Assembly: GCA_051294375.1 (NCBI GenBank)
Contig: CM119269.1
Location: 1,690,537-1,754,536 of the forward strand
Source of the DNA: Paraspadella gotoi
Taxonomy: Eukaryota > Animalia > Chaetognatha
Direction: 5' to 3'
Length of the DNA: 64,000 bases
How positions within the stretch are numbered: position 1 is the stretch's first letter; every line of letters starts with the position of its first letter. A program made the translations under genes and the position numbers. The notes below the pieces were generated by a model. It did not search any database and was not told the origin of the DNA. It worked only from the letters and a program-made list of their open reading frames with translations. Below, piece by piece: positions 1-34,010 of the stretch.

Positions 1-202
1 TTCAACTTAAAGCGGAGGAAAGTAATGTTATAATTTATTAATTAATGTTATAATTTATTATAAGCAATTAAAAATGGGAGGGTTTAGAGGATTAGCCCCG
101 CAAGACCAATTGCTTGTTTTTGAGGATAATGAAAAAAATATTAAAAGTGAATCACAGTAGACGGAACCAATCACTCGCCCTCAATCTAGCCCCACACGCT
201 CG

Positions 203-353
203 CCCTTCAGTTTATCTTCGTTTCCATAGCAACCGTAGGCGGTGTCACTGTACGCGATTCCAAAATGCGACTTGAGAACGTCCTTCGTCGACGCCGCAAG
301 AAACGGGGTCCGCCCAGCGTCGCTTGGATAAGCGGCGAGCGGCAGATGAAGTT
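203..353 (-). CDS. Probable internal exon of a gene running off the left edge
   Basis: GC-rich open frame LHLPLAAYPSDAGRTPFLAASTKDVLKSHFGIAYSDTAYGCYGNEDKLK after a cacag acceptor. Donor unclear (possible AG G|gcgag). Confidence 0.35.
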
Positions 354-488
354 CTGTGAGTTGAGGAATAAACAGAGTCTCTGGCCAAACCCAGTCTCTG
401 GCCAAACCCAGTCTCTGGCCAAACGCCTCGTTAGATTGACGGATCCTTTTTTCGACTGAAGGTGCAGATAATTTCATTTCATATAATT

Positions 489-756
489 CCCACCCAAAAA
501 TCTTGTCGATTAATCATTTTTATCATATCAGAACATCGAATTAAAAAACTAATTAATTATTTATGCAAAAAAAAAAATGTCCGTCCATCCATCTATCCGT
601 TCGTCCGTCCGTCCGTCTGTCCATTCGTCCTCCATTAGCATTAAACTCCTATTACTCAAATGCTAAGTGGGACGGACGGACGAATTTATAATAATTTATC
701 ATAATTTGAGGTTCTGATATGATAAAAATGATTTACCGACAAGATTTTGGGGTGGG
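489..756. repeat. ~270-bp imperfect fold-back (nested inverted repeats)
   Basis: cccacccaaaaatcttgtcgattaatcatttttatcatatcagaac (489) pairs with gttctgatatgataaaaatgatttaccgacaagattttggggtggg (711-756). Inner arms are (GTCC)n-ccattagcatt / aatgctaagtgg-(GACG)n. Confidence 0.75.
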
Positions 757-1479
757 ACCGACGGACCGACAGAGTGGATTATAGAATCGGAATCTGCGAT
801 AAGCAGAACCGACTAAAAACTGTCGCGTAATTTTTCCAAAATATAATCAACGCCGAGCGACGAAGCCGAGGCGAACAGTAGTCAGGGCTCAGGTGGCACG
901 GAGCCGAAAGTAATGCATTGCTTTTGTAAAACCTTAAATCATATGTATTATGTAATATTGTAAAATCAAAGAAAAGTTCCAGAACGACGGGTAAAACCGA
1001 GTTTCGTACTTGCGTGGTTAAATTCGGAGATAAATATATGATAATGTGTGATATGTGGGATAATGTGTGATACGTGATTTGCTCCTTTCGTAACTATCGA
1101 ACTATCATCTCAGCATCATAAAATCGTCTTCTGAGCGGTCAAGTATCATTAAAGCCTATCGCACTTATTATACTCACGAAGTTATACCAAAATATATTTG
1201 AATTATTTGTAATTTTGTATTATTTATTAAAGTCAAATATTTAATCATTTATCGTATTCTTCCAAACTGACACGAATCTGATTGATTATCTGCCGCTAAT
1301 TATCGTCGTTAATTAATAATTAGTAAACAATGAAAAACTGAAACAACAACAACAAAAAGTCATGTTTTTCCCCTGAGACTCAACAATGGATTCATGAGTA
1401 TGAATCAGTCACCAAGATTTAGGATGAGGATTGATATCACCTATTTCTAAGAGAGAAGGAAGAGGGAAGAGGATGATAA

Positions 1480-1522
<43 letters not shown>

Positions 1523-1829
1523 CCTTCTCTCAGTCGTGGACTTTGATTTCCTTCCTCCAACAAAACCGACGACGCGACGGCGACGACGACGACCAGAACG
1601 ACGATCGTTTCCATCTTGTTTATTGTTTATTTATCCCACAGAAGAAAAAAAACGAAAAGAACGATAGAATAAAATCCAGGGATCGAGGTGGCGGCGATCG
1701 ACGGCCATATTTATTTTAAATTTTACTATTTTCCAAATCGTCGAAAACCCGCGGCGAAAAAGCGAAGAAAAGTTGGTTCGGATTTCATGTTCGATTTTTT
1801 GGAGGAAAAACGGGATGCGATGATTCGTC

Positions 1830-2220
1830 GCCGCAGCATTCGGAGCGATGCGGCGGCGGCGGCGGATGTTCCCTGCCGCCGCTGATGACGGCTGCTGCTG
1901 ATGATGATGACGACGTCGTCGTCGGCGACCGGTATAGAGAGTTTAGAGTTTTCTGAAGAGATCGACGGGTGGCGGGGGCCGGCGGGCCGGCGGGCGGCGG
2001 AGAGCGACCAATAGGACGACTCGTTCGAAGACATCTGACTGCGTCGGCCAACCAATCGCGAGCGAATGCGATCGGTGTACGCGCGGTTTCTCCCCACCCC
2101 CTGCTCCTTTTCCCCTTCCCCAACCCCGTCTCCCCCCAACCCCGTCTCCCATCTCCCGCCTCAAAACCCGTGTTCCCTCATCGAACTCAAAGTGCGCGGC
2201 GAGATGGAGAGACTCCAAAA
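1830..2220. promoter_or_regulatory. CpG-rich promoter-like island
   Basis: Very high GC/CpG, GGGCGG boxes (~1970-2000) and two CCAAT boxes (~2008, ~2052), next to (CT)n. Confidence 0.35.
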
Positions 2221-2222
2221 TC

Positions 2223-2317
<95 letters not shown>

Positions 2318-3043
2318 CTCCTTGCAATTAGCTTGCCCACCTTCCCATACTAATTAGCTTAAAAAAAAAATCTCGCTCCCTCGTTAATTATTCAAAATAT
2401 TTTCCTTCGATGTTCGTCCAACGAGTTTCGTCCGAGTTAAAAATAAAATAAGGAAGACTTAAAATCTTTGATTCCGAAAACCAGTTAGACGGGTTGAAAA
2501 AGTTGTTTATTTTCTCCTCAATTTTCATGATTTGATTAATATGTATAATGATAAAATGTCGCGTTCAGAATATCCAATGACAGCCTTTTACAGACGCGGT
2601 CAATTATTATTATTAATATTATGATAGGAAATTATTACTCTAACTGATTATATTATATTTTCTTTTCCCTAATTGTATTATTTCTCTCCTTACTTATATA
2701 TTTCTTTTTTTTCCTCTTTTCCCTAATTTTATTATTTTTCTCCTTAGGTTCCTTTTATTCCTTCCTTTGAGTGACTCATTCTCTCTCGAGGTGAACTGCA
2801 TTGCAAAATGCGCTGCAGACGAGAAAGTCCACGAAATGAGATTACCTTTTTTCTTTCTCGATGTCGATAACGAAGATCCTCCCCTTTACTCCTCCTCGGC
2901 TCCTCCTTGTTCCTCCTCTTTTCCTCATCTTTTCCTCCTCTTTTTCATTTTTCTCCTCCTCCATTTTTTTCTCCTTCAAATCCCAAAGCGTCACTTTCAT
3001 TTCCGGTTATCCAAACCCACGTCGACATTCTTTGTTTAAAGGT

Positions 3044-3152
<109 letters not shown>

Positions 3153-4569
3153 AGAGAGAGGCACTTTAAACAAAGGAATGTCGNNNNNNNNNNNNNNNNN
3201 NNNNNNNNATGTACATTGAACAACGAATATGTCTGTCTATCTTCCGATCTAGATGCGTATCAGTCTTTTTATCAATCTTTAATGTGTACATAACTAATTA
3301 GTATGTCTGTAAAAACAATGTTTTGAACGCCCGCATAATGCTACTTTTTTTTTCTCAAGCCAACATTTTTTAAACTCTTGTCAATGAAATTATGAATATT
3401 AGATTTTTGTGAGACAGCACTACACAAAAGATCAAGATCAAGATCAACATCATCATTTAACATCTAGTAAACTGATGTCAGCTTTGGCGAATCAGTTTTG
3501 GGCGAAAACCTCAGCTTTATTTTTTTTTCCGCCAAGTCATGTCTATAATTTTTCGAAGGACGAGTATAATAGTTTTTTTTAATTGTAAATGATTTGTTTA
3601 GATTAATTACACAAAACTACAAATGTACAATTCGTAAGTGAAAACAAAAGAACACACGTTGTATAGAAGTGGCGACGTCGGCGTCGAATGTTCGAAGGCT
3701 AGGGCGACGTCGGCTTCCTTCAACTCGTGTCGCCTTTTTTTTTTTTTTTTTCAATATTTTCTATAATTCTATTTTTAATAAATTCCATTAATATTTTTCT
3801 TCGTGCGATTGGCCAGTCCTCGAGAAAAAAGTTAGGCTCATTAGACGAAGCGCGTCAAATTGAAAAAATTGCAGTACGAAAAATGGTAAAAGATGATAGA
3901 AAAAAAAACAATTTAGAAGATGCTACACTTTATAATATAATAATTACGCGTTGAGGTAAAACGATGACGTGAGGTTAATGATTTGTTAATCAAGCATAAA
4001 ACATCATGAAAAAGTAAATAAAAAGATGTGAGATTGTTGCATGAAGAGAACTTTTTTTTTTAATCTATTGCGATATTTCTGTGAATATCAGTGTCGTCGG
4101 TGGCCGACTTTCTCACCGGTGATAAAAACCCTTGGCAGATAAGTGAAACAAAATTGGGTGTTTTTAAAAATGCTGTGGTATTTTATGATATCTTTGTTAC
4201 AAGATCTATCAAGGGCATCATCTCGGTCTATTGAAAATTTAACATATTCTTGAATTCATCATGACGAAGTGAGAGAGAGAGAGAGAGAGAGAGATAATTT
4301 GCGGATAAGTATTCCTTTATGAATATGTATGTGGGAGATACGAAGAGATCAAAAAATAAGATAGTATAAACTCTAAAGTAAAACTTTTTTGTGGGCTCCT
4401 TAAGACCGAAAGAGCCCCATAATTAGTCAAAAGTTAGTGAAAAAAAAAATTTCACAAATGGAAGAACTTTTTTTAGTTTAGTTTTGTTCTTCGAATAAAG
4501 TCGCAGAGTTAAAAGACTCTTCTTTGCCGACGCTGGCTCCTCCTCTCATTTTTGATGTTGTGATTGCTG

Positions 4570-4772
4570 TTGTTGATGATGATGAAGATGATGATGATGA
4601 TGATGATGATTGATGATGATTGATGATGATGATGATTTATGATGATTAATGATGATGATGATTAATGATGATGATAATGATGATGATTGATGATGATTGA
4701 TGATGATGATTGATGATGATTTATGATGATAATTGATGATGATGATGATTTATGATGATTAATGATGATGAT
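4570..4772. repeat. (GAT)n degenerate microsatellite
   Basis: Direct inspection. Confidence 0.9.
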
Positions 4773-4904
4773 ATACGAAACTCCGGTATATCCAGGTCAC
4801 CCCATTATCTCTCGCATACGGGTCACTCCGGTTCGACCCCCAAAACATCAGAGGCCCCCTCCACTCCGGGAAAAGACCCCGAACGGCGTGATGGCTCCAT
4901 CCTT

Positions 4905-6720
<1,816 letters not shown>

Positions 6721-7076
6721 AAGGGCCCGGGGGACGGGACAGAAGGGAAGAGAAGGGACAGAAGAGAAGGGATGAGGGAAGATTAATCATTCATTACGAT
6801 GAGGAAGAGGAGGCGAACAAAAGAAACTTAAGTGACGAGGAAGAGGGGAAAAAAAGCCCAAAAAATTTCAATGCATATGTTTTTTTTTAATATTTGAGGA
6901 GAGTTGCCTTGAGGCCTTTTTCTTAATTTTCTCATTACTATTACTATTACTATTACTATTTTCTCATTACTATTACTTTTCTTGTAAAGTAAAATGTCTT
7001 AACGATTGTGATTTATGCTCGACCCTCAAATAGCGGGAAAAGAAGTGCACATTGTTTCGAGACGAAGGTCACGTCT

Positions 7077-7125
<49 letters not shown>

Positions 7126-8274
7126 TTCTTTTTTTGTTTGTTTTAATCTAAAATTAAATTTTATTAAACTTCAATCTCAACATTTTATGTAAGCCATTAA
7201 AACAAACGCTGAAAATAATTTTGGGGAAATTTATGAAAAACTACTATTTTTTATAATAGTTAATTATTAAAGTTTTTATTTTTTTGCATTGATAGTCTAA
7301 AGTCTTTAATAATCACTCTCTAGTCAGATTTAATTTCAGCACCGGAATGATTTTTTTCGAAAAAAGTATTCTATTGTAATTAGGTAATAACTGTCTGGGC
7401 TCAAAATTACTAATAACGTTTACGATCAGTTATCACTAAATTGTGTCATAAATAACAAATGTCAAGGGCCAGAGCACGTGTGAAGTTTTTTTTTTTTCGA
7501 AGCAGATGGTGAGAATGAAACAAAGATAGTTATGAATGACAGAATGAAAGAAAGAAATGTAGAAATAAAGAAGAAGAAGAAAAAAAAAAGAAAAGTAAAA
7601 TAAAAGAGACCAAAAAAAAGGATATATTTCTCGTCCTCTTCCTTCGTCTCTTCCTCCCCTTTTCCCATCCCAATGCACCCTCCCCTCGTTTGTGTCTCAT
7701 TTGACGAACTCTTAATCTTGAGAGACAGATATCAATTTTAATATTTTTTTCTCTTTTTAAAAATTAAGTAACCGAGGAAAAATGACGTCGTAATAATAGG
7801 AACGAAGAAGATTCGGTCTTTTGTTTTTTCGTGAATCAGAGAAAATCATTAAAATCGCGTCGATATTTTATAATTAAAATAAACGTTTAAAAAAATAATA
7901 TTTTTTAAAAACTTTACGGTAAAAAAAAGATCGCTACAATAAACATCTTTTACTGTGTATTATTACTTTAATTATTAAAAGTATCACCGAAGAAAATGGA
8001 AATGGGAAATTAGATCCATCAGAGGCAAACCATTTGGTCTATCATATCCATCCACTGGTCCATTTTCTTCGATGTTATTATTATTATTATCATTATTGTT
8101 ATCATTATTATTATTATTATTAATTATTATTCTCTTTTTAATTTTTAAATTTTATCATTCTATGGTCCATTTAGTCAACACAGAATGTATGCAGTCAAAA
8201 AAATCCCTGCGATCGACAGGCGATCCAAATCTCGAGATTCCGATCTTTGCGTCAATATTTACTCGCCGCGTTCC

Positions 8275-8388
<114 letters not shown>

Positions 8389-8623
8389 AAATCCGACCCA
8401 GCAAACTAGTCATAGTTCTTTTGTTTTTTTAAATCAGCTTTTTTTTATTTTGGTTATTTTTTGATGATAAAACATCAGTCGAGACAAACTTGCCAAAAAA
8501 AAAAGTTCATCTTTACAAGAAAAACCCAACTAGACAACGGAACCAGTATTTACTACAGAACTACGGATCAAAAACCTGCCATCAACAACATCACGAGCCC
8601 ACGACCGCCTCAGGCCCTCAGCC

Positions 8624-9060
8624 ATGCGTCTCGTTCTGTCTCTATTTTCCCTTCGAGTTGATGTTTTCATCCTCATTTTCTGGATTCTTTCAATTTCAAA
8701 AACTTCGACGCTCTCTGTTCCCTTCGCGTCCGAGCGCGCCGGTATCGGCGTGTCTCGCCCCGGCGAGACCGGCGTCGAATCCTTAGATGGAATCGGCGTC
8801 GCGCCCGGCGACGAGATTGATGTCCGGAGAGCGCCACCTCGAGTCGTTTCCGTTAAACTTTCTCCCGACGCGCCGTCGTCCCTGACGTCCAACTCCCTTT
8901 CCCAATCTCTCCCTCAAAAAGTCGACGTTGATGATCTGGCGCCGACAAACAACGCCACGACGCCGGAAACAGCGCCGTTGACCGGCGCCGTTGTCGGGGA
9001 GAAGTCGCGTAACTCTTCGGCGTCAAATTCGACTTTGACGCGGCGCGGGTTAATTTCACC

Positions 9061-9115
<55 letters not shown>

Positions 9116-12100
9116 GGGAAAGTTTTTTTAAACCCGGAGTTAACAAACTTTGTCGACCTGAGGTTGAGGTCGGAACTTCGGAACTCTCTATATTCCGACT
9201 CTTCTGCTTCAAGCGAATCTGACATGTCGGATTTAAATAAACCGATGAAATCTAAAAGACGGAATTCATCGAGAAACAAACTCATTGCGAGGGAAACAAA
9301 TTTCAGTCCAGCGAGAGAAAACAAAACGGGGAAGGAAATTCCTGACTTTGGTAAGTCTTGATTATAAAATGGTAAGTTAAGTATAATTAACAATGTTTGA
9401 GAAAACATTTTTTTAGAAACGTTTATTGACCTCTTAATCATACCTTGTCGTAATTAGAAGCCGAAAACATAATTGGAAACATCTGCCATTTTACAAGATT
9501 TGTCAAGATTTTTTTTTCTAAATTAGTTATATAAATAGAGTGAAAGATGACTATGTTTTTTTCCCCTTCTCATTTATGACACTAAACAGATTATACTTTT
9601 TCCCCGACCTTCAAATTCTATTTTTTTTTTAATTCCCTTTTTATTTTTCTTTAAGTCTCCTTGTTTTGATTTCGAAAATGAAGTTTTAAAAATCGTTTAA
9701 AAAAATGATTAACTAAAGGTTTTTCGAGCGGTGACGTTTCGTCATTTAGAGTTGAGAGATATCCGGTATTTTTGTGGGGAAGAGTTATTGGTAGAGTAGA
9801 GACGAAGAGAAAAATGTTAATATTAAACCTTCAGAGCAATAGAACAAAGATTTATCAAAGCTTAATCAGAATACGACAATATGCAAATGAGATTGAGGAA
9901 CTCAATTAATCTGCTACAATAACACCTCTTCTTTCATCCTCCCACGACTATGTCCACTTCTACGTCCACTCTTTCCTCCACTCCTTTTACCTTTCCTCAA
10001 CTCCTTACTCTTTCTTGGACCCATCCTCTTCTTTCCTCCACTCCTTTCCTCCCCCAGCCCCTTCTCGACAACGCCGCTCATCTTCCTCCTCCGATCCCGA
10101 AACGGCGCCGCGATTTCCCATTTTGACCAGTTTGTGGCGCGATTGTGGGCGCCACGTTACCTTGGAGCCGGAAGAAAACGCGGCTGCATCCGATGTCTCC
10201 ACGAGCTCCGCCGCGTCGGGGGCGTCCGCTGCGGAGTCTGCGACGACGGAGCAGCCAGAGTCGGCGTCGGCGGCTGAAATCGAACGGAGCCGACAGAAGC
10301 GCGTCGTGGGCGGACGCCCCGTTCCCGACGCGGCCATGACGCCTTGGCAGGTGAATTCAGCGCCCAATTAAGTGGTTCACTATTAACAACGAAATCCTAC
10401 TTGCATTTAACCAGGTTGAAATAATGATTCCCTGCCACGCCGACGATTCGGGCGACGTCTTCTTTTCGCCGGCGTGCGGCGGGACTCTCATCGCGCCCCG
10501 CGTTGTCCTCACCGCCGCCCACTGCGTCTTCAAGCCGTCTTCACAGTGCGGGGAGAACGTCGATCCCAAAGATTATATGGGTGAGGATTCGGTTGTGATA
10601 GAAGGAGGAGCTTTTTACGAAGCTTTTTACTTTTACCATGAGCTGGACGAGAAACATTTCGAGGTTTCATTCTTTTTATTTTTTCTCTTTTTCTTAATTT
10701 TTTTGGGTTTTAATTGCAAGATAACTTGTTTAATATTTTAGATTACATCTCTCTACCTTATAGAAGATTAAATATATTTACGTAAATCCTATTTTTAATT
10801 AGTTATTTATTATTCATTTAAGTATTTTTCTCTTTCTTTTGTTTCAAACTTTGATCATCGACTCATTCCTCACTCCCCCCAATCGCCCAACAGTCTTCTA
10901 CGGCGTCACAGACATCATCTCCAACTCTTCCCTGACTCCAGTCGGCATCGAGACGATCGTCCCGCATCCCGGCTTTGCCTTCATCGACATCCCGGAGGCG
11001 CTGGACGCCGCGCCGGACAACAACGCCGCCTGGGCGAAGGATATCGCCGTGCTGTTTCTCAAGGCGGCGCTTCCGCTATCGAGGACGCTGCAGCCGGCCT
11101 GTCTCCCGCGGCCTGAGAAGCGGGACAAGCTGTACAAGGACGGGAGGGTTGCCATGGCAGCGGGTTAGTTTGATGACGTAGGGGGCGGTAAGGTTATCTT
11201 TTGTCATTGGTTCATGGTTCGTCCCAAATCCTTTGATAGCTGAGGTCAAAGCAAACCAGTGTGTTGAGGATTTACGCTAGAGGTATAAAATATATAAAAT
11301 ATTATATCACTTCATAGATAGGGAAGCCAGGTACTCTGGGAGTGAATAAACGAGACTGTGAGAGAGTCTTGATTGAAAGCTTGCAGGGACCTGCTATGTC
11401 ATTATCTTGTAAGAGTGATGGAGGCCTTAAACCACCAAAGCCTGTTCAAAGTCAGGGGCAAGATAGCTTATTTATTAAATGAATGGATAATTTTTATATT
11501 GGTTGTACCAATTTCATAGATAAACCCAGAATTTTCACGGCTTTCTTTAAAACTTAACTTACCAGGATGGGGAGCGACGCAACAGCCGCAGCTCGGAGAC
11601 GATTACAAACAACCTCACCTCAACTACGCCTTCATGAACGTCTACAACAGCAGCACCTGCTACGAACACCTCATGTTTTTTTGCGACCGACTGCTGAAGA
11701 AGCTCATCACCGAAGCGGGTGACTCCCTCTCTTGGGACTTGGCGCAGTTCCGGTGAGTACGACGGATCATTTCAATTGATCCTTATTACTTATTACTTAT
11801 CGTAAAGTGATCAAGTATATTTTAAGAATACAGGACTACCCCCCCCCCAATAAAATAGATACATAATTTTAGTTTTAGATAATTCTTATTAATTTTCCTT
11901 CTACCCCAGCAACGTATATCCCGAACTGCTCAACTGCGTCAAGATCCAATACTTTCAAAAAGGCCGCAAGGAGGCCTTTTGGCTCACCGACGACAAGATC
12001 TGCGCCTACAACCGGAGAGACGGCGCCAGCGTCTGCAACGGCGACAGCGGCGGCGCTCTGGTCGTCGACGAGGAGGAGGAAGAGGAAGAGGAGGAGAAAG

Positions 12101-12312
12101 ACGTAGAGGACGCCGAACCCTCCTCTCCCCCAACGACCCCTGACCCTGCCAAGCGGGCCACAGTCATCGGGGTGGTGCATTCGCAGCCGGGCTTCTTCGT
12201 GCCCGGCGTGGCCGCCTGTCCCCAACCCGGCCATCACGAGTACCCGATCCTCTTCACGAAGGTGGTAGACTTTTTGGAGTGGATCGAGGGAGTGCTGCGC
12301 GACCATTTGTGA
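8624..12312 (+). CDS. Secreted S1 (chymotrypsin-fold) serine protease with long pro-region; exons 8624-9350, 10058-10350, 10415-10580, 10894-11163, 11566-11752, 11910-12312
   Basis: GT-AG introns with compatible phases (1,0,1,1,2). Hydrophobic N-terminus, RQKR|VVGG activation site, PWQV, CGGTLIAPRVVLTAAHC (His), KDIAVL (Asp), LQPACLP, AGWG, CNGDSGGAL (Ser), C-terminal FTKVVDFLEWIE, stop TGA 12310-12312. Confidence 0.93.
11309..11517 (+). mobile_element. Family R1 retroposon-like repeat (3' fragment), in protease intron
   Basis: Near-identical to 21398-21667, 37113-37362, 55682-55849 and 61805-62002; common end ...ATTGGTTGTACCAATTTCAT. Confidence 0.8.
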
Positions 12313-13538
12313 CTGCAGTCGTTTTAAGGGGAGCCATGAGGGAAGGATGTGATGTGAGAAGAGGAGAGGAGAAGGGGAGAGTATGATAAAAGGGTTTAAA
12401 GGGACAGTGAATGAGTGAAAGAAAGATGATTAATGAAACTGACGCAGACCAGGAGTTTTACTCTTCGATTCGAAACAGGAAACGGAAAAGTTCAACGATA
12501 AGTAATCAATGATCGGAAGAAAAATTAAGAATTTCACAAAAAACGAAAGAAAGAGGGTGATAATAACATTTTAATAAATACCATCACAGTTTGAAAAAAA
12601 ATTGCTAAAGGGTGATAATATATTCGCTTCAAAATTCGTTTGCTTCCTAAAGTTGATTCTTACAAAAACATTTTGTGATGCATAACTGTTAAAATTGTGA
12701 TATCTATGCCTATTTCGCTGTTATGAAGTTTATTTATTATTATTATAATAAACCTGCAGTTTCTGTTATCTCAACTTTTTTGACGACTATTTAAAAAAAC
12801 ATGCTAGCAAGTCAGAAATTACTTTAAATATGTCATTGCCAAATCGTCAAAACTTATCCAAAATGATTATTTTCAAATCTTGCTTTGATTACGTCTTCTT
12901 GTCTTATCTTTTCATTTCCTCTTTTCATTTCCTCTTTTCAATTCATTATTATAAAAAGTCTACTGATTTATGTATCTTTCACTCATAAACTACTTTACTG
13001 ACTATGTGCTGATTTCAATTCATCTTTAATCACATAGATTCAAAATATAGGTAATTTATGTAGCAGCACCTTTTGAAAGATAAATCTAAGTTCAAAAAAA
13101 ATTCTGACATTTAATTTCCAATCGTCTAATATTGTTTATAATCGGCGAAACTTTTATAAATTTTCGTTTAAATAACTCCTGCAACAGTGTTGCGAGCGAA
13201 GAAATGGTATACAACAGATTCGAGCCAACGAAAATACTTCAACCACGATTCTTCTTCAAACGTTCAGATAAAGGCCAGAAAAAAATGAAAAAAGAAAAGA
13301 AAGCACACCGCACAAAAAAAAAAGATGATACCGGGAATCACATGAAAAATAGGATTTCATTTCGACGGTTGATTCGTTTTCTTAAGTAGTTTAAAAATAG
13401 TTAAAACGTTATTAAAACGACTACAAGTAGATTCATTGCAAAGAGCGAACGATATGAAAAAAAGGCAGAGAACACTCTCTTTCTTTATCAAGCGCTCCTT
13501 TCTTCCGCTCCCCTCCTTCCGCTCCTACAGTTCCGCTC

Positions 13539-31800
<18,262 letters not shown>

Positions 31801-33106
31801 CGCCAATTTATTCCATCAAATCTTTTTGCTATGGTAACGTATCCTTCGACACGCGGAGGTCGACCCATTGTCGTTGACCGCCGTTAGCATGTCCGACAAA
31901 TGAATAGAAAACGCCGACGGCCAAACGCCAAACGTGAGTTCGCAACGTTTTTAACTCTAACTAACATCGGGGCGTGGCAATGGGCAAAAGGATCGAAACA
32001 CGGAACGCAGTCTGAGCGTCGCTTCATTGTGACACTGACTGTAACTTCGAACAAGGAAAGGGCTGAAGGAGACGAGCGAATATACGTATAGAGGCAAAAA
32101 GACAATGGCAACACTTTAGAAGGACAAGGCAACCTCGAGACATGAAAAGACATGGCAACCTCGAGACATGAAAAGACATGATAACCTCGCCCTTCTCCGA
32201 TCGAAACCAGAGGGGAGTTGGGATCGGCCGGTCATTCTTTGCCCAAATCTTCAACGCCTCTCTTCCCCCGCCCTCCGAGGGAAGGTTCGCGTGGGGGGAT
32301 GAATGGGCGTGGAGAGAAGGAAGGGGGGCGAGGGGGGGTGGGCGATAGTCGGCCGACGATCGAGAGAAAATAATGAAATCCGTTCGACTCTTTACACCGC
32401 AACTATGATCATTCATCACGAGGGGGAGAGAGAGAGAGAAGAGAGAGAGAGAGGAGAGAGAGAGAGCAGAGCATATGAGATGAGAGAGAGACGAGCAGAG
32501 AGAGACGAGGATGAGAGAGAGAGAGTGTATTAAATCGGTAATCCCACGAGTAAAGCTCTCTCTCACCTTACTCGTCTTCTGTGTTTTGAGGTAAGGAAGG
32601 GAAGTCGTTCCTGATCGTTGGATTCGAAAAATGGTCACATGGAGAAAACGAAAACCGAATCTACGGACAATTCCTCAAAGTAAAAAATATCGACCCAGTT
32701 AAACATGCTACCTATATTAAATTATAATTTTAAGTTACAAAAATGGCGCAATGAACTGATAATATATACATTATACATAAATCGAAGTAACGATAAATAC
32801 TGCAAGCGATTTGAACTAGAGATGCTGCATGCTCAAATGACCAAAAACTTAAAAAATAGTAAAGAAAGAAAATATATTTTTGTTTTTACAACGATTAAAT
32901 GAAATCGACTTTCTCTCAGTTACCGTATTGTTCACGGGGTCCACAAAAGAGACAGACTGTTTTGCCGCCATCTTGTTTCTGTAATTAGATGATTGAAAAA
33001 AAAATTTCACGAAATTATATACCAAATCATTCATGATTTCCTCAACATCCCATTAAATTGAAATGGGTAATCATAAAAACATAACAAAAAAAATCCACTC
33101 CGCTGG

Positions 33107-33148
<42 letters not shown>

Positions 33149-33599
33149 ACATACTCTCTTCGTGATCGTTTCGACGTATTATTTTTTTCCATAATTTCGA
33201 CTAAAAAGTATTTCTCTAGCTTGGATTTAATTCACAATTTTATTTCTCATTAGCATAACTAAAAAAACGTGTGGGTCAGTCTTAGAAGAAGGATGAGTCG
33301 AACAGAATATATCGACTGCATGAAAAGCCAAAATAAATATTTATCGAAAAGGGAGAGAGATTTTTTATATGAGTATCTGGATAAAATTCTAGGGCGCGTG
33401 CGATCTTGCGCGATCTGGCGTCCGATCTTGAGTGAGAGCGCACTCTCACGTTCAAGCGAGAACGCGAGTGAGTGCACGTTAGATTTCGTGCTCGAGTGAG
33501 CGCACGCTCGAGTTCGTGCGCAAGTGAGCTTGTTGGGTGCATGCGGGATCGAAACCCGCTCTTTTCGATTCACTGCAGATTTTAACAGGAAATGAAACT

Positions 33600-34010
33600 G
33601 TAAAAAAAAATATATACTCATAAAGAAGAAAGAGAGAAAGAAATAAAGAAAGTAACGTAGAAAAAAGAAAGAAAGGAAGAAAGAAAAAAACAAAGAAAGA
33701 AATAAGGAAAGAAATAAAAAAATAAAAAAGAAAGAAAGAAAGAAACAAAGTAACAAAGAAACAAAGAAACAAATAAGGAAAGAAATAAAGAAATATTTTT
33801 TTTTTTTAAAAAGAAAAAAAGAAAAGAATAGAAAAGAATAGAAAAGAAAAGAAAAGAAAAGAAAAGAAAAGAAAAGAAAAGAAAAGAAAAGAAAAGAAAA
33901 GAAAAGAAAAGAAAAGAAAAGAAAAGAAAAGAAAATACAGTCAGAAACCAAACCGAAGAAATAAAAAAACAAAATAAAAAAAAGAAATAAAAAGAAAAAG
34001 AAAGGAAACA
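33600..34010. repeat. Purine-rich low-complexity tract with (GAAAA)n core
   Basis: Direct inspection. Confidence 0.9.

Noticed and set aside
376-426. 3x 17-bp repeat AGTCTCTGGCCAAACCC
   Set aside because: Simple head-to-tail tandem duplication with no spacers.
10581-10663. In-frame extension of protease exon 3 (GEDSVVIEGG...)
   Set aside because: Only the donor at 10581 (phase 1) matches the next acceptor at 10894, so the extension is intronic.
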